A DNA stretch of 64,000 nucleotides from Mobula hypostoma (Eukaryota), in NCBI RefSeq assembly GCF_963921235.1, contig NC_086097.1, positions 210,430,001 to 210,494,000 on the forward strand, in the 5' to 3' direction. Made by a program: the position numbers and the translations under genes. Below, one piece after another: positions 52,789 through 64,000 of the stretch. Positions within the stretch are counted from its first letter, which is position 1; each line of letters opens with the position of its first letter. The notes beneath the pieces are model-generated. The model was not told the origin of the DNA. It worked only from the letters and a program-made list of their open reading frames with translations, and searched no databases.

Positions 52789-52904
52789 CAGGTTAAGAAT
52801 GAATTCTAGTCATTTAGGTTTGGGATGAACCAGTGGAAGCTAGATCAAATATGGGCTAGCCATGGGAACTGGAGGATTGAATACATCCCCTTTGATCAAG
52901 TATA

Positions 52905-53600
52905 TACACAAGAGATTCAATAAATGCTCGAAATCAGGAGCAAAAAGCACAAAATACTAGAGAACTCTGCAGGTCAGGCAGCATTTAAGGAAATAAATAG
53001 ATAATTAACATTTTGGGCTGGGACCCTTCATCAGTACTGGAAAGGAAGAGAGAAGCAACCAGAATAAGAAGTTGGAGAAGGGAAAGGAGTACAAGCTAGC
53101 AGATGATGGATAAAACCAGGTGAGGGTGGAGTTGGCTGGGTGGTTTAGGAGGATTAGGTGAGAAGCAGGGAGGTGATAGGTGTAAGAGTAAAGGGCTGAA
53201 GAGTGAGGACTCTCATTGGGGAGGATAGTGAGACATGTGAGAAACGGAAGGATGATGGGCACCTGAGAAAGGTGATGAACAGCTGAGGAGAAAGGAAGAG
53301 TTAAGAGGGGTGCCAGAATGTAGAATAGAAAAAGAAAGAACAGGGAGTCAGGAGAAGTTACCAGAATTTGGAGAAATCGATGTTCATGCTATCAAGTTGG
53401 AGGCTACCCAGACAGAGTATGAAGTGTTGCTTCTCTAACCTGAGAGTAGCCTCATCTTGGCAGTAGTGGAGGCCACAGACTGACTTGTTGGAATGGGAAT
53501 TGGCAGTTGAATTGAAATGGCTGTTTATTCTTCTCCATAAGTGCTGTGGCTGACTTGCTGATTTCCTCCAGTAGTTAGTGTGTTTTGCCCTCAGATCCAC
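52905..53600 (-). mobile_element. Penelope-like 3' remnant with a short inverted tail
   Basis: ORF 53358-53600 ends EATLRLEKQHFILCLGSLQLDSMNIDFSKF (GIY-YIG C-terminus). Hammerhead-like motif at 53003-53040 and a plus-strand tail copy at ~53520-53590. Confidence 0.7.
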
Positions 53601-54811
53601 TTCTGTTTTTTATTAGTTCAGACCTTGATGGTTGCTCATCCTTCTGATAATCTCTAGTCTAAACATACAGTTAAATTTACTTAGTAATCTTAATTGTCAA
53701 ATAGTTCATTTAGATTTACCTTTAACTAAGTCTTAGCTTTCCTTAACAAGGATTTTTGGGAGAATTAGCTACAGTGTACGTTTGTTATACTGTATACCGG
53801 AACTCCAGAATACGCCTTCACAGTAACAAAGTTAAAAGTTCAATAAAGCTCTTTGACACACAGTATCATCAAGGAAAGATAAATTATCTGATATTATTTG
53901 TTATTACAATACATTTTTCTCTGTTTAATACAGATTATGAATGTAAATAGTATTGGTCTAGAAAATGTGGACAGTTATGCACTATAATTATTAGGATAAA
54001 TTAATTTGCAGAAAGGAGTTCCTCATGAAATTAGGAACTGTTACCACCTTACTGTGGGCACAGACAGTGCAACCCTCACTCCAATCCAAGGGCTGAAAAA
54101 TTAAGCAAAGGTAAATTTGGAATGATTTTTGTTATGTTGAGTGAACCAAGAGTTCTGTTCTGCATCCTTAAAATATGGGCAGTTGTGAACCTCCACATAT
54201 CAGATCCATCTCAAATATGATGATGATATATTAATGGTGGTGTGTATTGTATTGTCTGTCTGGAGGGATTGCGGTCAGTTGTCTCAGTGAAAATGAGATG
54301 AAGGTCTCAAGGCTTCGAATGTCAATGTGCACCTTGTTAGTGCATTATGTCATTCCGTTGTTTAAAAATCCATATCATCCTGCTTATTTTTAATAGATAA
54401 TGAGCTGCAAGATTGCAGCTGATGATATGCACAGCCAGAAAAAAAATGTTGTATATCCATGGAGTTCAAAATTGTTTGTATTTCACTGATATTGCTCTGG
54501 CCACACTTCCTCATGTTCCTTTCATGTACAAAGTCTGACTGGATGGCAACGACCGCAGCAACTATTACTTACATTTGTATAGCACCTTTAACATAGTAAA
54601 ACATCCCAAGAAGCCTTCACAAGTAATTTTGGTTCTGAGCCATATCTATAAATATTATAAGTGAAGTACAACAATTTGTTAGGATTAAAATCAGGTTTAA
54701 TATCACTGGAATTCTTGTCTCCATTCTTTTTCCACATAGGATCCATCTTCCTCGTAAATTAATTATGGCGTCAATGCTGATCTAACTCATCATTCTAGCT
54801 TAGGACCCAGG

Positions 54812-55519
54812 TGTGAGGGGATCCAGGAGTACCCCTATTAACTGTTTGGAGAGAGGCATTTATCATTGATGGTTTGTTTGGAAAGGAGAGAGAGACAGAG
54901 TTATTTCCCACTGATATGTTGTTTTTGAAAAAAGAGAGAGAGACGAAGATTAACGGTTGGACTGTCACTTTAAGACATTGGAAGTAACTTTGGATTTTTA
55001 CTGAGTTTGGAGTTGGAGACAGCACCAAGCAGCTCAAAAGTTGCTATGGTGACCGAAGGCAGTGTTAATTAATGGACACTCGATGTTATGATTTTCAACA
55101 CATTGTTGATATTTCTTCAAGGACTTGTTGCCTGCTTGTACTCCTTTACAGACAAAGGAGGGAGGGACTCTTTGAATGACAGGTGATGCTCAGCACAGAG
55201 AAATAAATGGGAGGTCAGATGATACAGACCTGAGGGCACATGATCTGGACACTGAATGAGCATTGTTGTGCTCGCAGAGAAAGTGGGTTTTGGAGGATCA
55301 ATCAGGCGGATTGATCCAAATTTCTATTCCAGTTTGAGGAGAAGAGGTTGACTGGTGGGGAGTTCTCTATGTGCCCACCCTCGCCTGGGTGATAGCTCCA
55401 CCACAGGAAGACCGGTCCCCCTGGTTAAAGTCACAGTCGGTGACTTGTAAAGGATTTCGGAGGACGACGAGAAGATTGACGGCATCAGCTCACCTGAAGA
55501 CTCGACTCGACTCGACTGA

Positions 55520-55566
<47 letters not shown>

Positions 55567-55840
55567 ACTACTCAACTAAATACCACGAACTGAACTGAAC
55601 TTTACTCAACATCGTAAGACTGTATCTTTTTACCCCTAGACTTAAAGAAGCTTGGTTTTCATACATATATATTCCACACTTACTTTTATATATAATCATT
55701 GCTAACCTGTTTGATTTATCTACATTTATATTACTGTATTGCGTAGTTACTAATAAATATTAGTAGTTTATAGCAATACGAGACTCCAAAGTGGTTTCTA
55801 TTTCTGCTGGTTCTTTATCCCCTTCACGGGGTACGTGACA
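54812..55840 (+). repeat. 5' LTR (1029 bp) with an internal (TC)n microsatellite
   Basis: Direct repeat of 59374-60366; TG...CA termini. Confidence 0.95.
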
Positions 55841-55845
55841 TAAAT

Positions 55846-55863
55846 TGGGGGCTCGTCCGGGAT
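55846..55863 (+). promoter_or_regulatory. Primer-binding site complementary to tRNA-Pro
   Basis: TGGGGGCTCGTCCGGGAT, the canonical 18-nt PBS-Pro, 5 nt after the LTR end. Confidence 0.92.
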
Positions 55864-55958
55864 ATGAACAAATTGGTCGGGAGGCTGGTTTGAATTAATT
55901 GGGGAAAATCCCTTTTGAATTTGGACTTTTGATTTGGTTCTGTGGAAAAACAGCGGAA

Positions 55959-58900
55959 ATGGGTGTTAGAGATTTTCTGAAATCACCAGACCTGGTGACT
56001 TTGAAGTTTGCTAAAAAGTATGAGTTGCGGGATATTGCTAAAGAATTGACAATTGAGGTAAATAAGGGTGTGAGTAAGGTAGTAATTCAAAGGAAAATAG
56101 TTGAATATTATATAGATAAGGGAACATTTGATGATGAGGTGTTAGATTTGTTCGTGGAAGGTGAACCTACGGAGGATGAGCTTCAGCTTCTGTTGGAAAT
56201 AGTAAACAGGGAGCATGAATTGAAATTAAAACAGCTCGAGAGGGAGGCCAGAGAGGCAGAGAAACGGAGAGCAGAGGCAGCAAGACAGAGAGAAGAGGCA
56301 GAAAGACAGAGACAGCTCGAGAGGGAGAAATGGCAATGTGAAGGTCACGTGGCAGAAAGGCAGAGACAGTTTAAAAGGGAGAGGTTGCAGCAAAGAGGTT
56401 TAGTATTGGACCCTGATGATTTTTACAGCTCAGAAGGGCTTGTTTTGTGTGTTGAATTTAAAAGTTGTGTTCCTGATGAGGTAAGGGCATATCCAGTGGC
56501 AGAGGATGCCCCTACCCTGCAGGAGTCTGTTGAGAAAGCAGACGAAGAAGTTTTAACCCACGAGGTTGAGTTAACTCCAGATGAGAGTTGGCCAGAGAGT
56601 AGCTGGGAAGTTCGAGACGACCTTGAATTTGAAACTGGGACAAGTGATGACAGCCCAGAAGAGGCAGTTGTCCCGATTGAATGTGTTCAGGTTGTTGAAG
56701 TACCTGTGAGTTCACAGGCCTCTGAACCTTATGTTGAGACTCAGTTAAGGTCTGAGGTAACTGACTTGGTTGAAAGGGATTGCAGTTTTTGTGTGTCAGA
56801 TGATCTTGGTTTAGTGAGTAAGGGGTTAACCTTGGTACCAGTGGAATGTGAGGATTCACAGTCATTTGTAGTAGACCATGTTTTAGAACCTGTTGAGGTC
56901 AATGTTGCTGGAGGTAATGGGAAAAGTGCTGTTCCTGGACTTTTGGATGAAGTGATGGAAAAGGTTGGATTGGTTACACGACCTTTGACCCTGCTTGCAG
57001 GACAAAGGCCTGCTGAGACAGGATGCGCTAGTTTGTTGAATTTTGTTTGGACATTTGGAAGTATGCATCTGCAAGGTCATGCTGTTATTCCGTGCGATAT
57101 TATGGAGAGGAGGAAAAATTGTTGTGGTTTTGGAGTGAAAGTTGCCATGGATACAAGTCGAAGTATAGGTCGTAATCAGATGGGTAGTTTATTTGGTCTC
57201 TTTCATAATGTATACGTAATTCTGATCAGCCTAATGATGGTACTGAGTTTAATAAACAATAGAGGCATGTTGACAGTTCTCCAAGATAAGAGTGTTTCGG
57301 CAATTCAGCTGATGAGCAAAGTTGCTATTGGGACCTACAATAGCAAGACCAGAGGTTTAAATTATTATGAGGTGTCAGAGACTTTTCTACCTTCCAAATT
57401 TCAGCAGGACTTAGAGGGTAGTACAGCTGATAAGGGTAAGGTGTATAAGAAAAGTTTGTCTTTGTTGAGAAAGGAATGTATTGAGGAACAGAAGCGAGAT
57501 TCTGGAATGGTGGCTTTAAGGGAGATGGCTCTCACAGGAGAGGAGGTTCAGAGAGAGTCAGTGGGATGTTGTCTTAAAGATGGGGTGTTGATGAGGAAGT
57601 GGAGACCAGCCACTGTGCCTGCAAGTCACGTGGTGGTTCTGGAAGGTTACAAGGCTGAAATTTTAAATGTGGCTTACAGTATGCCTTTAGGTGGACATCA
57701 TTGTGTGAGAAATGAGGAAAGTGGGAACAAGGGGGTTCCCCTCTTCTTATTTAGTGTTGGAGATTCAATTCAGAAGGCAGGGAAGAGTAATTTGTTGGAA
57801 CCTGTGTTCAGTTACAGGCCAAAAGGACCTTTGACCCTACTCAGAGAACTTTGGAAGGGATGTAGTAAGCTTTGTGACTTTGCCAAGGAAAGTTTACAAA
57901 ATGATCGAGTCAAAATAAGACACTTGTTTACTGAAATTGCAGCTGGGAAAATTGTTGTAGAACAAAATGGAATCGTGAAATCTGATAATGGAATGGAAAA
58001 ACATGTTTTCTCGCTGAATCTAGACTCACCAAAATGTCAGAATTCCATTGTTTTGAAAAATATTACTGATAAGGTCCATCAGTTGGACCCAAAACCGAAA
58101 AAACAAGTAAAAGGACTAATTGATGTTTTGAAATGGTATCTTCACAGAGTGAACTTTGAGAAAAGTAAAATAGTTGAAGAAGGAATTAGAAACAAGAAAG
58201 AACAAATAAAGAGAATGGATGACGGTATTGATGGAGTGGGGAAGGCTAAATACCTTATTAAGATTGACTTGTTAAAAGGATACTGGGGTGTTCCTTTAAC
58301 AGAGAGGGTTAAAGAGATGTCAACATTTGTGACCCTGTCTAGACTGTATGAATACAATGTTTTACACTTCAGGGTGAAGAATGCTCTAGAAACATTTCAA
58401 AGAATAATCGATTCTGTGATTAGAGGATTAGAAAGCACAGGGGTTCATATCAATGACTGGAATGACACTTGGGAAGAACATATTGCAGTTGTAGAGAAAC
58501 GGTTTGACAGACCTTCCAAGGCCAATCTTACTGTGAACCTCGCTAAAAGTGAGTTTGGCCATGCCATAGTTACATATCTGGGTTATGTGGTGGGCCAAGG
58601 CCAAGTGGCTCCTGTACAGGCCAAGGCTCAAGCTATTGCTGAAGTTCCTGTTCTGACTTACAAGAAAGCTTTAAGAAGGATTTTAAGAATGGTTAGGTAT
58701 TATAGAAAATTATGGAAGAACTTTGCTGACATCGCTGTCCCCCTAACAAAGCTCCTAGGGAAGAGTGAAAGGTTTGAATGGAGTGATCTTTGCCAGGAGA
58801 CATTTGAACATTTGAAAACCATCCTGTGCTCAAAGCACCGGATTTTTTCAAAGCCATTTTCTACAACAACAGGTGTTATTGAGGAAGCTGCTGGGGCAGT

Positions 58901-59231
58901 ACTGTTACAGAACGGAGTGGATGATACTGAACATCCAGTAGCTTATTTCTCAAAGAACTTTAATGTACACCAGAAAAATTATTCAACTGTTGAAGAGGAA
59001 TTACTAGCACTAATTCTGGCTTTACAACATTTTGAGGCCTATGATCAGAGACCTCAAAACCTTTCTGTTGCTCAGAGACCACTTGGGGTTTACATGGGTT
59101 ATAATCCGTTGATGTTTTTAAATAAAATGAAGGATAAGAATAGAAGGTTGTTAAATTGGAGTCTAGTATTGCAGGAAGGTGACTTAAAAATCAAACATGT
59201 GAAAGGTACTGACAATGTTATAGCTGATTAG
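55959..59231 (+). CDS. Uninterrupted gag-pol-like ORF (1090 aa from ATG 55959) with degenerate integrase, RT and RNase H
   Basis: Gag-like N-terminus and coiled coil; IN remnants (LKDGVLMRKW, SMPLGGHHCVR, PKGPLTLLRELW); RT (KIDLLKGYWGVPL, KNALETFQR, YLGYVVGQG); RNase H (HPVAYFSK, YSTVEEELLAL, HVKGTDNVIAD). Confidence 0.8.
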   Translation: MGVRDFLKSPDLVTLKFAKKYELRDIAKELTIEVNKGVSKVVIQRKIVEYYIDKGTFDDEVLDLFVEGEPTEDELQLLLEIVNREHELKLKQLEREAREAEKRRAEAARQREEAERQRQLEREKWQCEGHVAERQRQFKRERLQQRGLVLDPDDFYSSEGLVLCVEFKSCVPDEVRAYPVAEDAPTLQESVEKADEEVLTHEVELTPDESWPESSWEVRDDLEFETGTSDDSPEEAVVPIECVQVVEVPVSSQASEPYVETQLRSEVTDLVERDCSFCVSDDLGLVSKGLTLVPVECEDSQSFVVDHVLEPVEVNVAGGNGKSAVPGLLDEVMEKVGLVTRPLTLLAGQRPAETGCASLLNFVWTFGSMHLQGHAVIPCDIMERRKNCCGFGVKVAMDTSRSIGRNQMGSLFGLFHNVYVILISLMMVLSLINNRGMLTVLQDKSVSAIQLMSKVAIGTYNSKTRGLNYYEVSETFLPSKFQQDLEGSTADKGKVYKKSLSLLRKECIEEQKRDSGMVALREMALTGEEVQRESVGCCLKDGVLMRKWRPATVPASHVVVLEGYKAEILNVAYSMPLGGHHCVRNEESGNKGVPLFLFSVGDSIQKAGKSNLLEPVFSYRPKGPLTLLRELWKGCSKLCDFAKESLQNDRVKIRHLFTEIAAGKIVVEQNGIVKSDNGMEKHVFSLNLDSPKCQNSIVLKNITDKVHQLDPKPKKQVKGLIDVLKWYLHRVNFEKSKIVEEGIRNKKEQIKRMDDGIDGVGKAKYLIKIDLLKGYWGVPLTERVKEMSTFVTLSRLYEYNVLHFRVKNALETFQRIIDSVIRGLESTGVHINDWNDTWEEHIAVVEKRFDRPSKANLTVNLAKSEFGHAIVTYLGYVVGQGQVAPVQAKAQAIAEVPVLTYKKALRRILRMVRYYRKLWKNFADIAVPLTKLLGKSERFEWSDLCQETFEHLKTILCSKHRIFSKPFSTTTGVIEEAAGAVLLQNGVDDTEHPVAYFSKNFNVHQKNYSTVEEELLALILALQHFEAYDQRPQNLSVAQRPLGVYMGYNPLMFLNKMKDKNRRLLNWSLVLQEGDLKIKHVKGTDNVIAD

Positions 59232-59361
59232 TTATCCAGATGTTACGTTGAAACCTGTAACCATTTTTGCTTTATCATCTGATGTTCTTTCCCTGTATTG
59301 TTTAAAACCCTGTGATGGGCATTTAAAAAAAAAATCGTCTTCAACAATTTTTGTTTTCTCT

Positions 59362-59373
59362 GAGGAAGGGGAG
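59362..59373 (+). promoter_or_regulatory. Polypurine tract
   Basis: GAGGAAGGGGAG immediately before the 3' LTR. Confidence 0.85.
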
Positions 59374-60366
59374 TGTGAGGGGATCCTGGAGTGCCCCTAT
59401 TAACTGTTTGGAGAGAGACATTTATCATTGATGGTTTGTTTGGAAAGGAGAGAGAGACAGAGTTATTTACCACTGATGTGTTGCTTTTGAAAAGAGAGAG
59501 AGAGAGACGAAGATTAACGGTTGGACTGTCACTTTAAGGCATTGGAAGTATCTTTGGATTTTTACTGAGTTTGGAGTTGGGGACAGCACCGAGCAGCTCG
59601 AAAGTTGCTCTGGTGACCGAAGGCAGTGTTAATTAATGGACACTCGATGTTATGATTTTCAACACATTGTTGATATTTCTTCAAGGACTTGTTGCCTGCT
59701 TGTACTCCTTTACAGACAAAGGAGGGAGGGACTCTTTGAATGACAGGTGATGCTCAGCACAGAGAAATAAATGGGAGGTCAGATGATACAGACCTGAGGA
59801 CACATGATCTGGACACTGAAGGAGCATTGTTGTGCCCGCAGAGAAAGTGGGTTTTGGAGGATCAATCAGGCGGATTAATCCAAATTGCTATTCCAGTTTG
59901 AGGAGAAGGGGTTGACTGGTGGGGAGTTGTCTATGTGTCCACCCTCGCCTGGGTGATAGCTCCACCACAGGAAGACCGGTCCCCCTAGTTAAAGTCACAG
60001 TCGGTGACTTGTAAAGGATTTCGGAGGACGACGAGAAGATCGACGGCATCAGCTCACCTGAAGACTCAACTCTCTCTCTCTCCATCACTACTCAACTAAA
60101 TACCACGAACTGAACTGAACTGAACTTTACTCAACATCGTAAGACTGTATCTTTTTACCCCCTAGACTTAAAGAAGCTTGGTTTTCATACATATATATTC
60201 CACACTTACCTTTATATATAATCATTGCTAACCTGATTGATTTATCTACATTTATATTACTGTATTGCGTAGTTACTAATAAATATTAGTAGTTTATAGC
60301 AATACGAGACTCCAAAGTGGTTTCTATTTCTGCTGGTTCTTTATCCCCGTCACGGGGTACGTGACA
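59374..60366 (+). repeat. 3' LTR (993 bp)
   Basis: Direct repeat of 54812-55840, with roughly 25 substitutions by eye and a shorter (TC)n. Confidence 0.95.
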
Positions 60367-61139
60367 GAGGATAGTGAACAGAATCAAAAAGGCTTGAAAT
60401 CAGTTACTTTTTCCCTCTCCCAGTCTTGTAAAGATGAGGCTAATTGTAGAACTCCAGTAACTCCCACAAATCACTGAGGAGCGGAAATGCGGTTCTGGTG
60501 ACAGATATTTTTTCTCAGCATGAGAACACTAAAACTGCAGGATTAAAATGTCCCACAGTCAGAACCATGGGTATGAGTCAATAGAGAAAATTTGAAACAA
60601 ATTTCATGGTTGAGTGGGTGGTCACCAGGAAATCCTAGCATCTTTGGACACATTCTACATACCTATATGAATATCTCTCTGCCTTTGGGGTTATATCTTT
60701 CTCACCTGCTACTTAAAGGAAGGCAGTGAGACTGATGCACCTAAATTGTTTTGAACATTTAAGCTCCTGCCTGTTCAGTTGGCAGATTATAAATGGCACT
60801 ATTAACTTGGGATAGGGATTTACCAGCAGCAAGGTAAAATTGCAAGTTCGGTTGTCCAAAGCTTACTGCAGATAAAGCACAATGCTATTTGCTGGAGTGC
60901 ACGATATCTGAAACCACTATTTTTTTTGGTCATGTGTTAACATTGTTACTCTGTAGTGAGTTTGAATGAGCTGGTAGTCCTCTGTTGGAAGTTTGAATTG
61001 CATTACAGTAATCTACAGTATATACCTGCTGATTCCTTTCTAAAACAAAATATTTTCCCTTAATAAATTCATTCTTTTTCAGATAACTAAAAATTCACTG
61101 ATTTTGAAGCTGTTTAGTGAACTTTGCAACATTTTAGTT

Positions 61140-61800
61140 TGTAAGACATAGGATCAGAATTAGGCCATTTGGCCCATGAAGCCTGATCCGCTCATGGCTT
61201 ATTTATTATTCCTCTCAACCCCATTCTCCTGCCTTAGTTTTTATAGGAAAAGGAGAGTAGCAGCTAGTCATAGACCTGCCAAACATACAACTTATATAAC
61301 ATTTCTTAACATAAGAAGATAAGAAATGGGAACATGGCAGGCAACTCACTCCTCGAGTATGCTTCACCATTCAATATGAACATGAAAATCGTATTATTGG
61401 CCTCAATTCTATTTTCCTCTCTGATTCTCCAAAACTTTTGTTCCTCTGCAGTCTAAAATCTATTTCAACCTTGAATTTACTTAATAGCTCAGCATCCACT
61501 GCATTCTGGGTAGAGAAATGCAAAGATTCACAAACTTTTGAAAGAATAAATTCCTCCTTCTGTCAATATTAGGTGGATATCTGGTTGTCTTGGGATGATT
61601 TCCCTCAAGATCTACAGTAGATTCATCCATAAAGTGAACTAGTCTCTCACTGGGGGGAATACCCTGCCAAGCTACCTCAGAATCTTATATATTTCAGTGA
61701 TAGCTCTTGTCGTTCTTCCAAGGTCCAGAGAATATGCATTCAATCAATTAAACCTCGACTCATAAGACAATCCTTTCATCCCTTGTATCAATTGAATGTA
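61140..61800 (-). mobile_element. Old CR1 3' fragments
   Basis: Two CR1 3' UTR starts (~61142 and ~61308) and degenerate ORF2 C-terminal sequence (GMKGLSYESR). Confidence 0.55.
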
Positions 61801-61832
61801 TTCTGATGGATTACAAATAATAAAAAAATGAA

Positions 61833-62040
61833 GGCACAAGAGACAGGCAACGCTGGAATCTGGAACAACATATAATCTGCTGGAGGAACTCAGTAGGTTG
61901 AGCAGCATCTGTGGGAAGAAGGGAATTGCCAATGTTATAGTCTGAAATCTTGACGCAGGACCTTGACCTGAAACATTGACAATTCCTTTCCTCCCAAAGT
62001 TGCTGGATGACCCACTGAGTTCTTCCAGCAGATTGTCTGT
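61833..62040. repeat. Short palindromic Penelope-tail pair
   Basis: AATCTGCTGGAGGAACTCAGT..GGAATTGCCAATGTT is mirrored by AACATTGACAATTCC..ACTGAGTTCTTCCAGCAGATT. Confidence 0.6.
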
Positions 62041-64000
62041 GAATAAAAAAAATGGAACTGTGACATTGTTGATGTAAAGGAAAACAAGAGTGCGGTAATA
62101 TACTGTCCTTGGCCCATGTGAGAAAGTATGACTTTTCACAAGGAAACAATTCATGTGGCTATTTGTATCTAACAACTCATCTCTCTGATTCATAATGCTA
62201 CAGATACACTTGTAGCATTATCTTACAAAACAAAAGTACAAGCTCTCTATTTCCCTGCAGTACATAAAGGAGGTACAATGCATAATATAAATCTTATTGA
62301 GTCAAGACTTATACCCAGGGAAAAAAAATTATTATAAAACTAAAGGCACCCTGAAAAATGAACTCTTTATTTCAACAGATGTTGAGTGTTTCCTGCAATT
62401 TCTGTTTTAGGTAAAGCAAACTTTACATTGAGTAAAAGGCAATGTTGTCAGTTGATTCAGAATTTCAATGGTGCCATGATAAATTTCACTGAAAATCCAA
62501 ATAAATTAGTACATTTTGATTTCGCTATTATTGTTTTAATAATTCCACACATTCATTGTATGAAATGGGTAGTGAATTCTTGAAAGAGGAAATCAAGAAG
62601 TAAATATTTTTCAGTTGCCATAAGCATGAATAATTTAAGCCCTTTTCAATGGAAACTAAATAACCAATAATTGTATTTAATTGCATTTGACATTTAAGAT
62701 AAATACAATATTTAACTTTTCCTCTGGCTTGTCATTCACTGTTCACTGAGCTCTCAATAAATCTGATATGGGCGAACAAAATTCTGCTTAGCATTCTGAT
62801 TCCCCAGCCAGACTCCTTTGATTCTTCTGACCTTGTCAATGAGTTCTTCCTGATTAGCATTTAGAATGGCATTACAGATTGAAAACCTCTCATTCTTCTC
62901 TTCATAAGTTGTTGACTTAGTGCTGCATATTTTTCATTCATTGTTCCTTTCCCATTAAAGGCAGCAGTTACATTTTCATCTGAGTTCATGATTATTGCAA
63001 GATGTGTCAAAAGGAGAAACATGCCTGATTGAAGTAAAATTAATTGCAATTATAAACAAGTTTAAACATGAATATAGGGATATTTTACATTTTCTGATAC
63101 TGATGATTGGTTTATATAATGACACATTCTCTTGATTCTGTAAACTTATGTCTCCCATTGAAAGTCCTGAAATAAATTCTGCTTACGTGCAGCTATCAAT
63201 TACATCCATAAGTTTTCATTCTGTATTCAAGAACTTGATTGAATACACTCTGCAGAACATCACCACCACCCTTTCAGGTCAAAGTGCCATGCCCTAAGCA
63301 AAATACAAAATTATATGAGATATTTACTTCATAATGAACTTTGTACAAGTTGAATAACTGTGAAAATAAATGAAATATATAATAAAAAGAAGCCTTTTTT
63401 GAAACTGGATTAATTTTATCCAAGAAGATTTTAAAAAAATTGTTTTGCAAACTCACAATATTTAGATTATTGAACTGAGTGTAAAATGTGAAATATTAAT
63501 TCTTACAAAAAATTAAGTTCTGCAGAATCAGTAGCAGCAGAATAATGGTTCAGCCTTTAGTTCAAAGTCTTCGTTAAAAAAGGGTATCTGCAAGAATTAG
63601 GTTGCCTGGTTTTTTACATGGGTAAATTTGGCTTGCTTCAAGTGATAACCCAAATTCTTTGTAAGGCAATTTGATCTTGAGAGTTGTTGCATTTCAACTA
63701 ATCTCTGGAGCTTCATGGAAGTTATATTCATTATTCGTTTTTTTTCACCAGTCTCCTTAATGGAACTCGGTCTGTGGCAACCATGAAAGGTAACTCTCAG
63801 TAGAAACTATTTAGTTATAATTAATGTGAGTAATAGTTTTCTAAGAATTTCTTTACATTGGTATTTATGCTTAAGTTGGAAAGGTAATGACTGTTAGTGG
63901 TTTGATCCTATTTGTGTTGACCCTCAGAATCTTAACCTTCTTTTGACTTGGATGTTTAAAATAAAGCTGTATCTGCTCTCTCGGGTAAACATAGGAGATA

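Larger units (their letters stand above)
54812..60366 (+). mobile_element. Full-length Gmr1-type Gypsy LTR retrotransposon (gag-IN-RT-RH order), apparently non-autonomous
   Basis: Two ~1-kb LTRs (TGTGAGGGG...CGTGACA), a tRNA-Pro PBS, a PPT and flanks CAGG/GAGG (4-bp TSD, one mismatch). A single long ORF has integrase remnants upstream of RT and RNase H. Confidence 0.93.

Noticed and set aside
62754..62933. Short minus-strand open frame (..AILNANQEELIDKVRRIKGVWLG..) as a possible exon
   Set aside because: No ATG, no convincing splice acceptor, and no family I can recognise.

Overview
Eukaryotic (vertebrate) genomic DNA. The repeat content (CR1, V-SINE, CORE-SINE, Penelope remnants, Rex1) and the gene sequences suggest a cartilaginous fish, probably a ray; this is inference. 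Two host genes lie on the minus strand. The first is the complete coding sequence of proenkephalin (PENK): coding exons 42528-42665 and 30457-31116, 265 aa, seven YGGFM motifs and no Leu-enkephalin. It also has a candidate non-coding exon 1, TATA box and poly(A) signal. The second is the first coding exon of an SDR16C5-like retinol dehydrogenase (10574-10894), matching the known SDR16C5-PENK synteny. Most of the rest is transposon-derived: CR1, L2, RTE and Rex1 LINE fragments; tRNA-SINEs; Tc1 and Tigger remnants; Penelope-like remnants with decayed hammerhead-ribozyme motifs; four solo LTRs; a decayed Gypsy element; and a full-length Gmr1-type (integrase-before-RT) LTR element at 54812-60366. 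The most notable observations are: (1) the Gmr1-type element keeps a 1090-codon open frame although its enzymatic motifs are dead; (2) PENK predicts altered peptides, including a possible YGGFMRRF-amide and a lost dibasic site after the octapeptide; (3) a family of solo LTRs carries variable tandem arrays containing splice donors, and one copy sits in sense orientation just upstream of the main PENK exon. Repeat boundaries without a target-site duplication (TSD) are approximate.
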